Source: Octopus vulgaris (taxonomy: Eukaryota). Taken from it: DNA of 64,000 nucleotides. The notes below the pieces were generated by a model. It did not search any database. It was given only the letters and a program-made list of their open reading frames with translations, and had not been told where the DNA came from. The stretch spans positions 74,772,001 to 74,836,000 of the forward strand of contig OX597830.1 in assembly GCA_951406725.2 (NCBI GenBank), read 5' to 3'. A program made the position numbers and the translations under genes. This document shows, in pieces, positions 15,169-28,329 of the stretch. Every line of letters begins with the position of its first letter. Positions within the stretch are counted from its first letter, which is position 1.

Positions 15169-16017
15169 TATGTATGTTTATTTGTATGAATATATACTCT
15201 GATAAGCAGATAGTCAGCGAGACACACACACTGACAGATATCTGTTGGGATGATAATAGATACAGTAAGTCGATCGGTTCGATGGGTACCCTTCTATCGT
15301 CCCAGATTAAACAGATCTACGACATGACGTTCTGTCCCAGATCATTTTTGAAGGATATTTCTATCTAGAATTACAATATACGCAACGTTAGTTACAATTT
15401 AGAAGGTATAGTGTTATTTAAGAAGGAATTAATTGCTATTTCTACTGGATCGAGGAAGTACATAAATAAGTCCTTTATTTGAATCAATAAGATTTGTTTT
15501 CTACCAAATATGCGATGCTTTCTATACATGCTAACATGGGCATGAATTAAATTATATAAATAGCTCTAGCCGTGAAGTGAAAACAATATCTTAGGGAACG
15601 ATTCACGTCAGTATGTTGCTTTCTAAATGACAGAATTTGTACTCACGAAATTAATTTGTGGATGGGTGAATATTCAGAATTGTATACTTTTATTGTTATA
15701 CTTACCACGATTTGAATCAGTGCAAAGCTGTGTAGCAAAACTGGGTGTATGAAATATTGTTTCAAGCCAGAACGTCGAAAAGAAGGTGTGATATATTCAC
15801 TCTGTGTGTAATTGTAAAAAAAAAACATTAAAAACATTTTAATTCACAGAGTATTCATAATATATTTTTCTTCTCTACAGCTGTTTCGATGAATAACTGT
15901 AAAACATCATCATTTTTATAATTACACAATTAAGATACGTAATTAGTTAATTGAAACGTGATGGTTAAAATCTATCATCAGAAGTGAAATATTAGAATCA
16001 AAAGAACGTACAGCATT

Positions 16018-16079
<62 letters not shown>

Positions 16080-16080
16080 T

Positions 16081-16205
16081 CTTCCCGAAACGTTGAAAGG
16101 CACACTTGACCTCGGTAGTGTTTGAACTTAGGGCGCAGATAGCTGGAACGAATAGCGTAAGAAATTTTATCCGACGCTCTAACGAATCTGGCAATTCGCC
16201 GCCTT
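16081..16205 (-). mobile_element. Decayed SINE family A, 5' half
   Basis: gaaaggcacacttgacctcgg...tttgaact...aacgaatctggcaattcgccgcctt matches the reverse complement of the family A head. Confidence 0.65.
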
Positions 16206-16798
16206 GCTCTAATGATTATTACTCGCTGTATGAATTTTGCTTTGTTCTAAAAATATCTTAACATTCTTTGATGATAATTAAACTCTGCTCACGTTATGCT
16301 TTGTAATTTAAAAAAGAAAACTAAAAGTAAAATACAAATAAATATTTGAAAATGCCAGGAAATAAACCAAAAGAATGCGTTGTCTTCATCACACAAATAT
16401 TTCTTCCAGTCATGCACATCTCGTCTCATTCTATACCTATGAGTACATTATCTAATTTGGTCATTTTTTTGTTTTTAGGATTACAGTGCATGAGATTTAA
16501 AAGAAATTCGGTTAGTCCCTCTTCCAGCCTTTGTCTATGTACGGATTCCTTTTCGTGAAAACTTCTGTCGTTGAGGATGTCGTTGATTATGTCTCCAGTG
16601 TGAGCAAGTGATAACAGTAATTAAATGTCGAAATATTTTACTTATTAGGTATAAATTCATAACACGCTACTTTTTAATTTGATAACACACAAATCTATGT
16701 TTAGCGAAATTCGTTCCAGTTTCCACACATACCTATATACCATAAATGTAGAAACATAAGTCCGCATATATATATAAGATATAATTAAGATTCAGTTA

Positions 16799-16840
16799 AA
16801 TTAGGTACTTAAGTTGAGGCACCAACTTAAGTACCTAATT
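16799..16840. repeat. Perfect 18-bp inverted repeat with 6-nt loop
   Basis: aattaggtacttaagttg-aggcac-caacttaagtacctaatt. Confidence 0.9.
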
Positions 16841-17043
16841 AAGTACCGTCCAGTATAGTTTGACATCCTTGTTACTTATTTGCCTTGTGTCTGTGTACGT
16901 GTGTGTGAGAAGAATCTTTGTTACGGCACACCTAATTAGTGCGATGAAAGATTTTTGTAGGTCAAGTTCCTTTATCATGGGAATACAAAATAAATTAAAG
17001 AATTCATCGAGATGTTCGGTTTCAAGAGCTCCAATATTACAAT

Positions 17044-17174
17044 CCAAAGAAAAGCAGTTTTAGAAAACCTTACGATCGTTTCGAGGAATGCGTTTGTATT
17101 GGACAAGTTTTCCAGCCGATACAAGCGCATTGCTCGAAGCGATCGTAAGGTTTTGTAACACTGCTTTTCTTTGG
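17044..17174. repeat. 59-bp inverted repeat with 13-nt loop (MITE-like or structured-RNA hairpin)
   Basis: Arms 17044-17102 and 17116-17174; 53/59 Watson-Crick pairs; three of the six mismatches are G-U on the + strand. Confidence 0.9.
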
Positions 17175-17290
17175 CAAACATTTCGATGAATTTTTTGTAT
17201 GTATTTATGTATTTCTACACACACACTATTCACGTACGGTTATATAAGCATGTATGCGTATGTATGCTTGTCTATACTTGCATATATGTT

Positions 17291-17343
<53 letters not shown>

Positions 17344-17364
17344 ATATATATATATACACACACA

Positions 17365-17394
17365 CATGAGGGGTACTGAAAAGTTCCTGGCTTT
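17365..17394 (+). mobile_element. Isolated Tc1/mariner-like terminal inverted repeat remnant
   Basis: catgaggggtactgaaaagttcctggcttt resembles mariner ends of the TACGAGGG...AAAAGT type. No partner end was found. Confidence 0.45.
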
Positions 17395-17496
17395 AAATGT
17401 GTCACGAATATCGCTTCCGTAACTAATCTAGCTTTTGAGTAAGTTGTTTATTTGATAGTTAATTTATTAAATGGTTTACTGCCTATTGTTTTTATT

Positions 17497-17740
17497 TCCT
17501 TTCATACAAATATAATAATCTACATAAGATTCTTTATGGCTCTTGTTAAAAATTGTTGTGTAAAAGCTTGCCAGCCCCAGGAAACTCTATAATCAAAGGG
17601 ATTTCTTATATATCTTCTCTTCATGCATGGTATTTTCAAGGCTCTATAGTTCAAATATGTCCATTTGTTTGTAAAATGCGACAAACTGTTATATAAAATA
17701 ATTTTGAGTGTTATTTTAAAAGGTTAAAGACTGCGTGGGC
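17497..17740 (-). pseudogene. Decayed Ty3/Gypsy pol fragment (RT-connection region)
   Basis: Minus strand 17586-17497 reads SFLGLASFYTTIFNKSHKESYVDYYICMKG, resembling the Gypsy motif RSFLGLASFYRRF...CMK. GHI and AVFNLLK-like pieces lie upstream, separated by stops and at least one frameshift. Confidence 0.4.
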
Positions 17741-18261
17741 TCTACAGAATTGGCTTATGAGTAAGTAGACGGAGGAGAATTGTACTTCCATGCGTAGTTC
17801 TTTACATCTGATGTTAACTATTAAAGTCATGATCCTTACATACTTTAAATGGACATGCGAATTTGTGAAGTTCATTGACTTTTATACATTTCATCAGTGA
17901 TTAATAGTTGGTCGCAGATGGTGGGAATTTCTTTATGAATTTCACAATATATCAGTACAAATTTTGAATTGAATGTAACGAGGTGGGTTTACTTTTGAGT
18001 GTGGTTTTGATGATGCGCATGTGTTTATCTCCTCTTAAGTGTAAATGCACTTGATTCATATTATATTCTTTTATTGTAATTCTTTGCTAATAACTAGGTT
18101 ATAACTGTGGCTTTATTGTATTGAATATTTTAAACCTTATTGTTAAATAAGTCGGTCAATGAAACTATTTAAAACTCTAATAATACCCAGCATTGTTTTA
18201 CCCTTGTTGTTTCATTATGCTATTCCTGCTTTTGTGAAGGGGAATCTAATAACAGATGTAA

Positions 18262-18494
18262 AAGGTGGCGAGCTGGCAGAGTCGTTAGCACGCCGGGCGA
18301 AATGCTTTGCGGTATTTCGTCTGCCGCTACGTTCTGAGTTCAAATTCCGCCGAGGTCGACTTTGCCTTTCATCCTTTCGGGGTCGATTAAATAAGTACCA
18401 GTTACGCACTGGGGTCGATATAATCGACTTAATCCCTTTATCTGTTCATGTTTGTCCCCTCTGTGTTTAGCCCCTTGTGGGTAGTAAAGAAATA
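18262..18494 (+). mobile_element. SINE family A, full length
   Basis: Pol III-like boxes tggcagagtcg and gagttcaaattcc; central cctttcatcctttcggggtcgattaaataagtaccag; agatgt direct repeat at 18254-18259 and 18495-18500. Confidence 0.92.
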
Positions 18495-18753
18495 AGATGT
18501 GAGTAGGGATTTTGTAAGCAAGAGATTATAGATATTTTATCTCTTACTCTCTTAATGCATGAACATTTCTAAGTTTCTTTTGCGAATAGGGATTCCGTAA
18601 CTTAACTGAAATACTATGAATATTAGAACCTTTTAACGATCTTATTGAATGTAGATACAATTCTAGGTTTCAGCATTTTTTGTGTGTTTATACGTGTGCT
18701 TGGTTGTAACTTGTATCGGTAAAGATATATTTTAAAATATGTTAACGAAGTTA

Positions 18754-18847
18754 AAGCGGCGAGCTAGCAGAAACGTTAGTACGCCGAGCGAAATGCTTAG
18801 CGGTATTTCGTCTGCCGTTACGTTCTGAGTTCAAAATCCGTTGGGTC
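18754..18847 (+). mobile_element. SINE family A, head only
   Basis: Closely matches 18262-18357. Confidence 0.85.
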
Positions 18848-19059
18848 TTATGCCTAGAGTAGCAAAGAATATATCAAGGAAGTTACAATAACTTGATATG
18901 TTTGGAAAAAAACATTGAAAATTAAATACCCTAAAGTGCAATATTACTCTCTTTAAAAAAGAAAGATTATTGCATATTATGTATGTAGTCCTGGATAATC
19001 CCAAAAGTTCTGAAAGTTTACTGGTGGAATGATTTAAACTCTAGACCAGCTGAATCAGA

Positions 19060-19275
19060 TTTGAATCTGGATTAAATGAAATACTCATCTGGGCCTCAAT
19101 ATTCCAACTGCTCAAAACAAGCAAGATCCAGCCTCTCACACCTATCCAACAATGTTATTTAGAGAAGGAACAATCATATCATGAAAATCTAGAAGCTGCG
19201 ATGTAACGCAGTATTAACTCTTTGAAAATATGAATCAATAGACTTTAAATTTCACAGAGTATTCTAAATGCTAAC
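19060..19275 (+). mobile_element. Decayed copy of the piggyBac-like MITE at 39081-39435
   Basis: agatccagcctctcacacctatccaacaatgttatt matches agatctagtctctcacacctacgctagaatgtcatt (~39278) and is colinear to the end. Confidence 0.55.
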
Positions 19276-19387
19276 AACGAAATATTTACTGATATTGCAT
19301 ATTTCAATCAAAGATGAACTTAGCAATGTATCTCCTCTATCTCTGACTTTCTGCCTCTCTCCCACCCACCCTCTCTCTCTCTCTCTC

Positions 19388-19432
<45 letters not shown>

Positions 19433-19434
<2 letters not shown>

Positions 19435-19582
19435 TTATTTTCTCGCCGTTTTCTCTGTTCCTCTATATCGAAGAGCGTAGGCTCGAAATGTAACAGCCTT
19501 TCTCGATTCCCGAGCGTTAAACTAACACGTCTGTTAGTTGTTTACACACCCGGCTTCATTTTTGTTTTTTGTGTGTAAATTC

Positions 19583-19588
<6 letters not shown>
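19433..19588 (+). mobile_element. Family D element inserted in (TA)n
   Basis: Contains gaagagcgtaggctcgaaatgt...gagcgttaaactaac; TA tracts on both sides. Confidence 0.8.
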
Positions 19589-19619
<31 letters not shown>

Positions 19620-19623
19620 ATAA

Positions 19624-19986
19624 AAGTATAATAGATACAATAGAAAAGGTTTAAATCCTGCAGACTAAGATTAATGCATACATACACGGGTTTAATTAAG
19701 ATAAAATTGTCCAATCTGAACAGATATTGATATATTAGAAATATAAAAATACAGAAATAAAAGAAAATATATGAATACTAAAAATATTCATGGATATATA
19801 GAGATATAGATATATAAATATAATTATAATGGAATATAGATAAGATTCATATTGAAATATTTTTAATATATCAATATATGATTCAGATTGGACAATTCTC
19901 ATTTTATCCTAATTAAACCCGTATGTGTATGATGAGTTAATCGTAGTCTGCTCATTCGTACCTTTTCTATTGCATCTGTTATACTT
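19624..19986. repeat. Imperfect ~120-bp inverted repeat between TA-rich tracts
   Basis: 19624-19743 (aagtataatagatacaatagaaaagg...acgggtttaattaagataaaattgtccaatctgaa...) is the reverse complement of 19858-19986 with scattered substitutions and indels. Confidence 0.85.
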
Positions 19987-20045
19987 GTCTAGCGCCTCGA
20001 GTTCGAATTGAGCACTCTTTATAATTATAATTATATATACATATA

Positions 20046-20240
20046 AAGTTAATCCAAACATGAAAACACAACAACGCGAGGACGTGGAACAAGTATAGCG
20101 TTACTGGACGGTCAGGCAGGAAGGGAAGGAGGAGGGTTTAACGTTTCGAGCGGAGCTCTTCGTCAGAAACATAGGAAAAGGAAAGATCCACAGAAGGGAA
20201 TACGGAGGGGAAAAATCGCCAACGGTACACACGCGGTCAC
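20046..20240 (-). mobile_element. Family D' element in (TA)n with hammerhead-like core
   Basis: Reverse complement aligns end to end with 60661-60878 and reads CTGACGA-A-GAGC-TCC-GCTC-GAAACG. Confidence 0.85.
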
Positions 20241-20265
20241 ATATATATATATTTATACATATATA

Positions 20266-20332
<67 letters not shown>

Positions 20333-20361
20333 GCGTGTGTGTATATGTACACACACATGTA

Positions 20362-20413
<52 letters not shown>

Positions 20414-22127
20414 TGGCACATTCAGTCACAGAAAATAACAAAAATATACATAGAAAAACATATAAAACATGCAAAAGTCATTCACAGACTAATGAATATA
20501 CACATGTACACGGCAAGAGACACACATGAACACATTGTACATGATACAAGAGAGAAAAATAATACTTTTTTGAACTGTTTAAATACGATGACATGCTTCA
20601 TAAATAGACGAACACGTTATTGTTATTATAATGAAAAAAAGAGGATTAATACAAGTAGTAGTATTGTTAGTAGCATTTGCATTACTCAGCGAGTTCACAT
20701 ATGCTGGGGTCGTGTCTGTGTGACACATCCGACTACACTACATACCCATATGCGTATAAGCAATTGTACATAAATGCATACATACCAACAGATACGCTTA
20801 CAAACAGACAAGCAGAGTGTGTGAGATTGGCGTCACCCGTTTCCTAAATAGAGGAGCCACGTGATATTGTATCGTGGAATTGTTACATATGCTGGATTAA
20901 CCTTTGACCTAAATTTACTTTCAATATGGATGATAGCAATGACGACGACAACGACAAAGTTGGCGGCGACGATGATAAATATTTGACTGTGGTTATCTGA
21001 AAAGCATCGAAGAAACGATAGGGTCTACCCGTAAAAGATTTCACAATTTTCTATATGTTTTGTACTTTTATGCATTATAGTATTGATATTCACAACGTCA
21101 TTTCAAATATTTATGCCCCAAATATCAATTACGTCTGCAATTTCATTCCATATTTGAGGTCCCCGAAAACTCAACAATTGGTCAAGATCCGGATCACATC
21201 CTGGATTTCATTCCCGCTGATGAAGATAATGTTCTTGAAATTGCACCATTCCAATGTGTTTCATTATTTCAATGCTGTGTATGTATATATGTATGTATTT
21301 ATCTATGCATACATATATGTATGTGTCCATATAAATGCATACATAACATATATATATATATTTATATAAATATATGAGACTGATAAATATTGGTGGATAA
21401 ATATTCTTTATTTGTTCGTTGAAACAAAGCTACCATTAGTTTCATGTCGATAATTCACTGCAATTATCAGGCCTGCAAAATGGGTCGTAGTTACGCGCCT
21501 CCATTTTGGATGAGAATACTTCAATGTTATACGATACTGCGCGACATTTCGGAATAAACGAATAAACATACAAATATATGAATGAATATCTTTGACGTGT
21601 GTATATGTATATGAGACTGTATGTATACATGTGTCTTGTATCTTTTGCTTGTTTGATGCAGTCAGTGTGTCATTTTCATACTGGAGCAAGATCTTGAAGA
21701 GCTTTTAAAATCTTTTTTAAATCATGGCGCTCAAATGCGTCTGAGGATTTGTCGCGCTTAAGCGACAAATAAGAGATAATTTCATTACGTGTGTGCATAT
21801 GTGTTTGTGTATAGATGTATGTATCTAGGTTTGTATGGTGTATAAGTTTGCATACGTATCACTACACAGAACAATTGATAGTTTACATGACTGGCTTATC
21901 CAGACACACTTGAATAGATATTTCTGTTATTCATATATGAATGTATTCAAATAAACACATCCACAAGCACGTCAACACACAAATACACACACACACACAC
22001 GCACAAACACACACATACACGCACACGTACACACACAAGCACACATATTCGAACATATACACGTATACATATATATATATATGTATATATATATATATGT
22101 GTATATACATATATATATATATATACG

Positions 22128-22198
<71 letters not shown>

Positions 22199-22576
22199 AA
22201 TAATACTACACGATTGTAGAGAGAGTAGCACACCAAAACACGCAAATATAAGCACACAGAAGAAAGGCATACACCCACCTATGTAAACGTATGTGCATAT
22301 ATATATATTTATATATGCATGTATGTATGTATGCATACACAGACACACACGCATATATATATATAGGAGCGTATGTGTGTTTATATGTATATATATGTGT
22401 GTGTGTGTGTGTGTATAAAATATATACATATATGTATATATACATACACAAAGATTACTCTAAATACACATACAAGCAAATAAACGTATATATGCATAGG
22501 GGTTGAGTACATCGTGACACATGAAAAGTTGCAACAACGAATGAGATACGAAGTGCTGTAGAATAGCAAAGAAACA

Positions 22577-22595
22577 TAACAACAACAACAACAAC

Positions 22596-22666
<71 letters not shown>

Positions 22667-22800
22667 TAATAATAATAATAATAATAACAACAACAACAAT
22701 AATACGAAGAAGAACAAGAACAACAACAACGGGAACAACTGAAGCACCAGCAGCAAAAGCAACAAGAACGACAATAACAACAACAAGAACAACAACAACA
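22577..22800. repeat. Compound (AAC)n/(AAT)n trinucleotide repeat
   Basis: Read directly. Confidence 0.95.
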
Positions 22801-23027
22801 GGAAGATAAAGACTGGGAAGGAGTGTAATGAAAGTTCAAAGAGATTACTCGGCTTTTATCAACACGATAATAAGATAGAAAGCTGTGTTTCATCGTCTTA
22901 TGATTTAACTTCACCATCGTTTCTGTTGGCCTTAAAAGTAGGTCTTCTTTCATTCTTAGATGATACGATCCTTAAAAGTGTGCACACATATATATACATA
23001 TATAAATATATATATATATAAGTGTGC

Positions 23028-23058
<31 letters not shown>

Positions 23059-23138
23059 ATGTATATGTATATATATAATGTATATGTATATATATATATG
23101 TATATATATCTATATATCTATATATGTATATATATATG

Positions 23139-23218
<80 letters not shown>

Positions 23219-23362
23219 AATATACAAACACACAACTATACAGATTTATAAGTATATATATATATTCAAATATATGAAGTATATGTGTATAAATAAATTA
23301 TATATATATATATATATTTATATATATAAATATACATGTATATATATAAATGTGTGTGTATG

Positions 23363-23418
<56 letters not shown>

Positions 23419-24034
23419 TATATGTAGGTAGCATTAATGTATACATGGGTATTTACGTAGAGTATGTGTATATACGTTTCTATGTACATACATATGTATG
23501 TGTGCGTGAATATATATATATATATATTTATTTTTGTATATATGTTTATGTGAAATACCAAACATCATCTAAAGGTGCTCTGTGACCCATAGAAGTGACT
23601 AAGATATTTACGTGAAACTCATTTAATAGTATCGGAATAAATAAAAACTCGATCCATTGCGTGTATGTATGTGTGCATCAGTGAGAATGTCTGTGCCCAT
23701 GTGCTTTTGAGTATATTTGTCAGCATCTATGAATAAACACAAAAATACATTCACAGATGTATGCATCCATTGACGCGATTGAACAACAAATCCCAACCAA
23801 ATGGGTCTCACATTACGGTTTATACTATTCATAGAAAACGTGGCTCGCAAGAATTCCGTTCGGCTTATTTTCCACAGTCACTATTTCACCTTTCAACGCG
23901 CCAATCCGTCGAAGGGTTCCCCATTAACTGTTGAAATGAAGTGCTTATTCAAAACATGCAATGCAAAGCCGGTCTCTTACACATTTGTAGCCGAAAATAA
24001 ATGATTTCTCAAAAAAAAAAAATAATAATAAAAT

Positions 24035-24105
24035 ACATCACACTGCCGGTCTGAGAATCGAAACCACGAACTCGGTAAACCTTGACCATGAGGCCGTGCG
24101 CCTTC
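24035..24105 (-). mobile_element. SINE family B head fragment
   Basis: ccggtctgagaatcgaaaccacga...ccgtgcgccttc matches 28255-28327. Confidence 0.65.
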
Positions 24106-24531
24106 TCTAAAATAACAGCTGTTAAGACGTTTACGCGACAGCCACATTGTTCCTGGATTGACAAGAGTGTACGACAGTTTGGTCAAGTTTTATGCAGAAA
24201 ACTTCATAGAAACGTGGCGTGTATATGCGTCCATATTAATTCCTGTTATTTGTTTTTCTGTATATCAGTCAAAAACCGATGGGTCAATGATGCATCTCAT
24301 TATATCACCTAATGTAACGTTTCACTGAATAGTCATCAATCAAACGTATGAAAGGACGGTGGTATCGTTATAAATGTCTAAGATCCTTAAACGAAGTACC
24401 AGAGCATAGGCACTGGCCACTGATTGTAGACGGGAAAATGAAAAGGGGGCACACACACTCACACACACACACTCACACATGCACATGAGAATGTATGTAT
24501 GCATATATGTATATATATATATTTATATATA

Positions 24532-24591
<60 letters not shown>

Positions 24592-24901
24592 GGCATATTT
24601 GTCTGCTTCCATATGTGTATATATGTATGTATGTATGAAATCGTTTTCCCTTTAGTCCTTCAGTTGCTTCCTTAACAATTGGAATAGTGAGGTCCAAATT
24701 CGCAATTGAATTTTCCATGGAATTAAACACACATGGACACATCTACACACACAAACACACAGAGACACACCCAGACACATCTTTACTGCCACACGTACTA
24801 ATACACATGTTTGCATATACATACATACATACATACATACATACATACATACATACATACATACATACATAAATACATACATGCACATATAGGTAGATAG
24901 G

Positions 24902-24967
<66 letters not shown>

Positions 24968-24968
24968 T

Positions 24969-25019
<51 letters not shown>

Positions 25020-25108
25020 TAGATATATATATAACGAATGCAAAAGTTATCACCGCGCTGATTGGAATATTGGATCCATCTAAATAACTGACAGAATATG
25101 TATGTGTA

Positions 25109-25155
<47 letters not shown>

Positions 25156-25170
25156 TTATAAACACGCGTG

Positions 25171-25214
<44 letters not shown>

Positions 25215-25422
25215 CATATATATATATACATACGAAAACAATGTAAAAACATGCAGACAAATAAAACTATTACCAAAACAAATGTCAAAGGACAAAACAA
25301 CAATAACGACATCAAATGCATACATACATCCACCCATATACATAAATTTATATTTATATATATATAAATATACATATACGCGTGTGTGCATATATATATA
25401 TATATATATATAAATACATATA

Positions 25423-25502
<80 letters not shown>

Positions 25503-25798
25503 ATATATTCATAGAAATGCTGACTCAGATAAAAGGATGGGAACTTTCGGGATTTAAGGGTTAGTATATAATTATAGGATTTATATATTTTTTTCTATTC
25601 AAAGCTTCTCAATCTCTCCGTTTCTCCTTCCCGCTCTTTCTCTCTCTCTCTCTCACTCTCTCTCACTCACGCCTTCATCCATTCTCCTTTCTCTTCTCGT
25701 GATTGATTCTTCTGCTCCCTCACACTCTCGTGATTAGCTGGTAGGCTCATTGGATTTTGATAGCTGTGTGTTCTCATACTGAGACACGCACACATGCA

Positions 25799-25834
<36 letters not shown>

Positions 25835-25983
25835 TGTATGTGGATGTATACACATATATATATATAAATACATATATAACTCCATTTATGCACAAATGTA
25901 AATATATATACATACATATACATATACAAAGGGCCAGATAGATTACTTTTAATAGATTTTGATAGATATGCATAATCAGACAC

Positions 25984-26014
<31 letters not shown>

Positions 26015-26238
26015 GGAGAGAGGGAGAGAGAGAGAGGGATAGAGACAGAGAGAGAGGGAGAGAGAGAGAGACAGAGAGATTCACTTCTTTAATTGACCCT
26101 TCGAAGGGGGTGACTGTGGGAGTCGAAGCAACTTAAACTGAAAATCGGAAGTCTGATGGACGTAACTAAATACTAAAAATTTTGTGTTTGCGTTCCTACC
26201 AAATTCTCTGCCAATGTAGAATGCCGATAAAGTATATA

Positions 26239-26313
<75 letters not shown>

Positions 26314-26357
26314 AGTATATAAAACGAAAATTTCTTTTTCTTCGTATTATTATTCTC

Positions 26358-26440
<83 letters not shown>

Positions 26441-26852
26441 TAATATGTTGTTCTTGTTATTGTTGGAGAGAACAGACATCTTGACTTGGACGTTTTTGGT
26501 GTTAAGGAAAGGCTGGGCTCTTATTCTTTTTATCTCAAAGCCGTGTTCACACGCTTAGCTGCACTCGTCCGAACACCAAACACTCTTATTTTCTTTTAAG
26601 TGGGAGTGCTACTTATTTATCAACTACACACACACACAAACACACAAACACACACACATACACACAAATATACACTCACACAAACACATTCTCACACTCA
26701 CATGCGCACACAGATACTTCAAAATACACCCTTAGACACCCATTCACGTATGCATATCTATATGCATTGGTGTATATACTTATACGTATATATACGCATA
26801 TATATATATGGATAAGTATATATATATATGTATACATATATTTATATACATG

Positions 26853-26903
<51 letters not shown>

Positions 26904-27132
26904 GTATATGGATGTAGACACACATATATATATATGTATGTTCACATATATATACATCTATATCTATATATATATGTATGTGTATATGTATATATATATA
27001 CATACGTATGATATATATATATATATAAATATATATATATACGTATAAATTTCTTTATCGCGCTTTCCTTTCACATACGTATATACATACACATGTATGT
27101 ATATATATGATTTATATATGTATATGCATATG

Positions 27133-27210
<78 letters not shown>

Positions 27211-28028
27211 TGTGTGCGTGTGTGTGTGTATATTTGTACGTATCAATGCGTATATTTATATATATGTATATATTATGTTTTCACATGTAAACATTAGACT
27301 GGCGCAAACACGAATAAGTGTGTGTCTATGCGTATATACAGCGGCACACAGACATATCTGACTCACACACGCACGCACGCAGACACAGACACACACACAT
27401 ACATACAACAACAGGGAAGCACACACATAGCCTCAGTCATACACTCATAGACATTCTCTGATTTTTCTCAGGCATTACATTCGTTACATTTGACCTCATT
27501 TGTTGAAACACTTGGATGCTCTCGAAACATTTTACTATATATATCTCTTCAAACTTTAATCACAATTAAAATAAGATAATGGAAAATGAAATAAATAAAA
27601 TTATTTAAAATAAAATAAAATAAAATATTAATCTAAATCATGTGACTGAGTTTCATCGCTTATACTCATCGCTGAACTTTGACCGTTATGGCTAACACCA
27701 CAAACAGGACACCATTTTTTTGTTTGTTTTTGTGACTTATATCCTTATTACTCATTTCCGGTTATCTTGTTCTTTTCGATCTCTTTTTAACTTTTTTTGT
27801 ATTTTTGGGACTTTTGTTTTTGGACACATTCTTGGCGTAGTGGTTCGTTACGTCTTGATGGCAATTCGGGGATCAAATTCTCCCGCGCGGCATCTTATAC
27901 AGGTTTTCATTTACTATAAGCTAGCTGTTCACATATACAGTGACATAGCAAGAATGTGTGCCACTCGGAGTGACCCTTGAGTTTACTGCCCCTCTCCGGA
28001 GACCCCAAGCCTGTACAAGCTTATATTG

Positions 28029-28329
28029 TTTATTCCTTCTCGAGTCACGCCTGGCTCAATAGGTCCGGTTTCCCAGTTACCTTGGCGTATAGGTTCCCTA
28101 CCTGGAAGGAAAGCCGGTCCGTAGCATGTGAGCTGGAAGGCGCAGGAGGAAAGAGTGAGAGAAAGTTGTGGCGAAAGAGTCAGCTGAAGTTCGCCATTAC
28201 CTTGTGCCGGAGCCACGTGGAGCATAGGTGTTTCGCTCATAAACACACACATCGCCCGGTCTGAGATTCGAACCCGCGATCCCCTGACCGCGAGACCGCT
28301 GCACTAACCACTAGACCATGTGCCTCCAC
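28029..28329 (-). mobile_element. tRNA(Arg-like)-derived SINE family B, full length with target-site duplication
   Basis: Minus-strand head ggaggcacatggtctagtggttagtgcagcggtctcgcggtcaggggatcgcgggttcgaatctc has A and B boxes. The 14-bp duplication is acaagcttatattg (28015-28028) / acaaacttatattg (28330-28343). Confidence 0.92.

Noticed and set aside
21217-21256. CTGATGA...GAAA hammerhead-like motif
   Set aside because: The best stem III places G at the cleavage position and no stem I is evident. At most a dead remnant.
22575-22830. Poly-N/Q/E low-complexity exon
   Set aside because: Degenerating AAC/AAT microsatellite with stops and no clear splice context.
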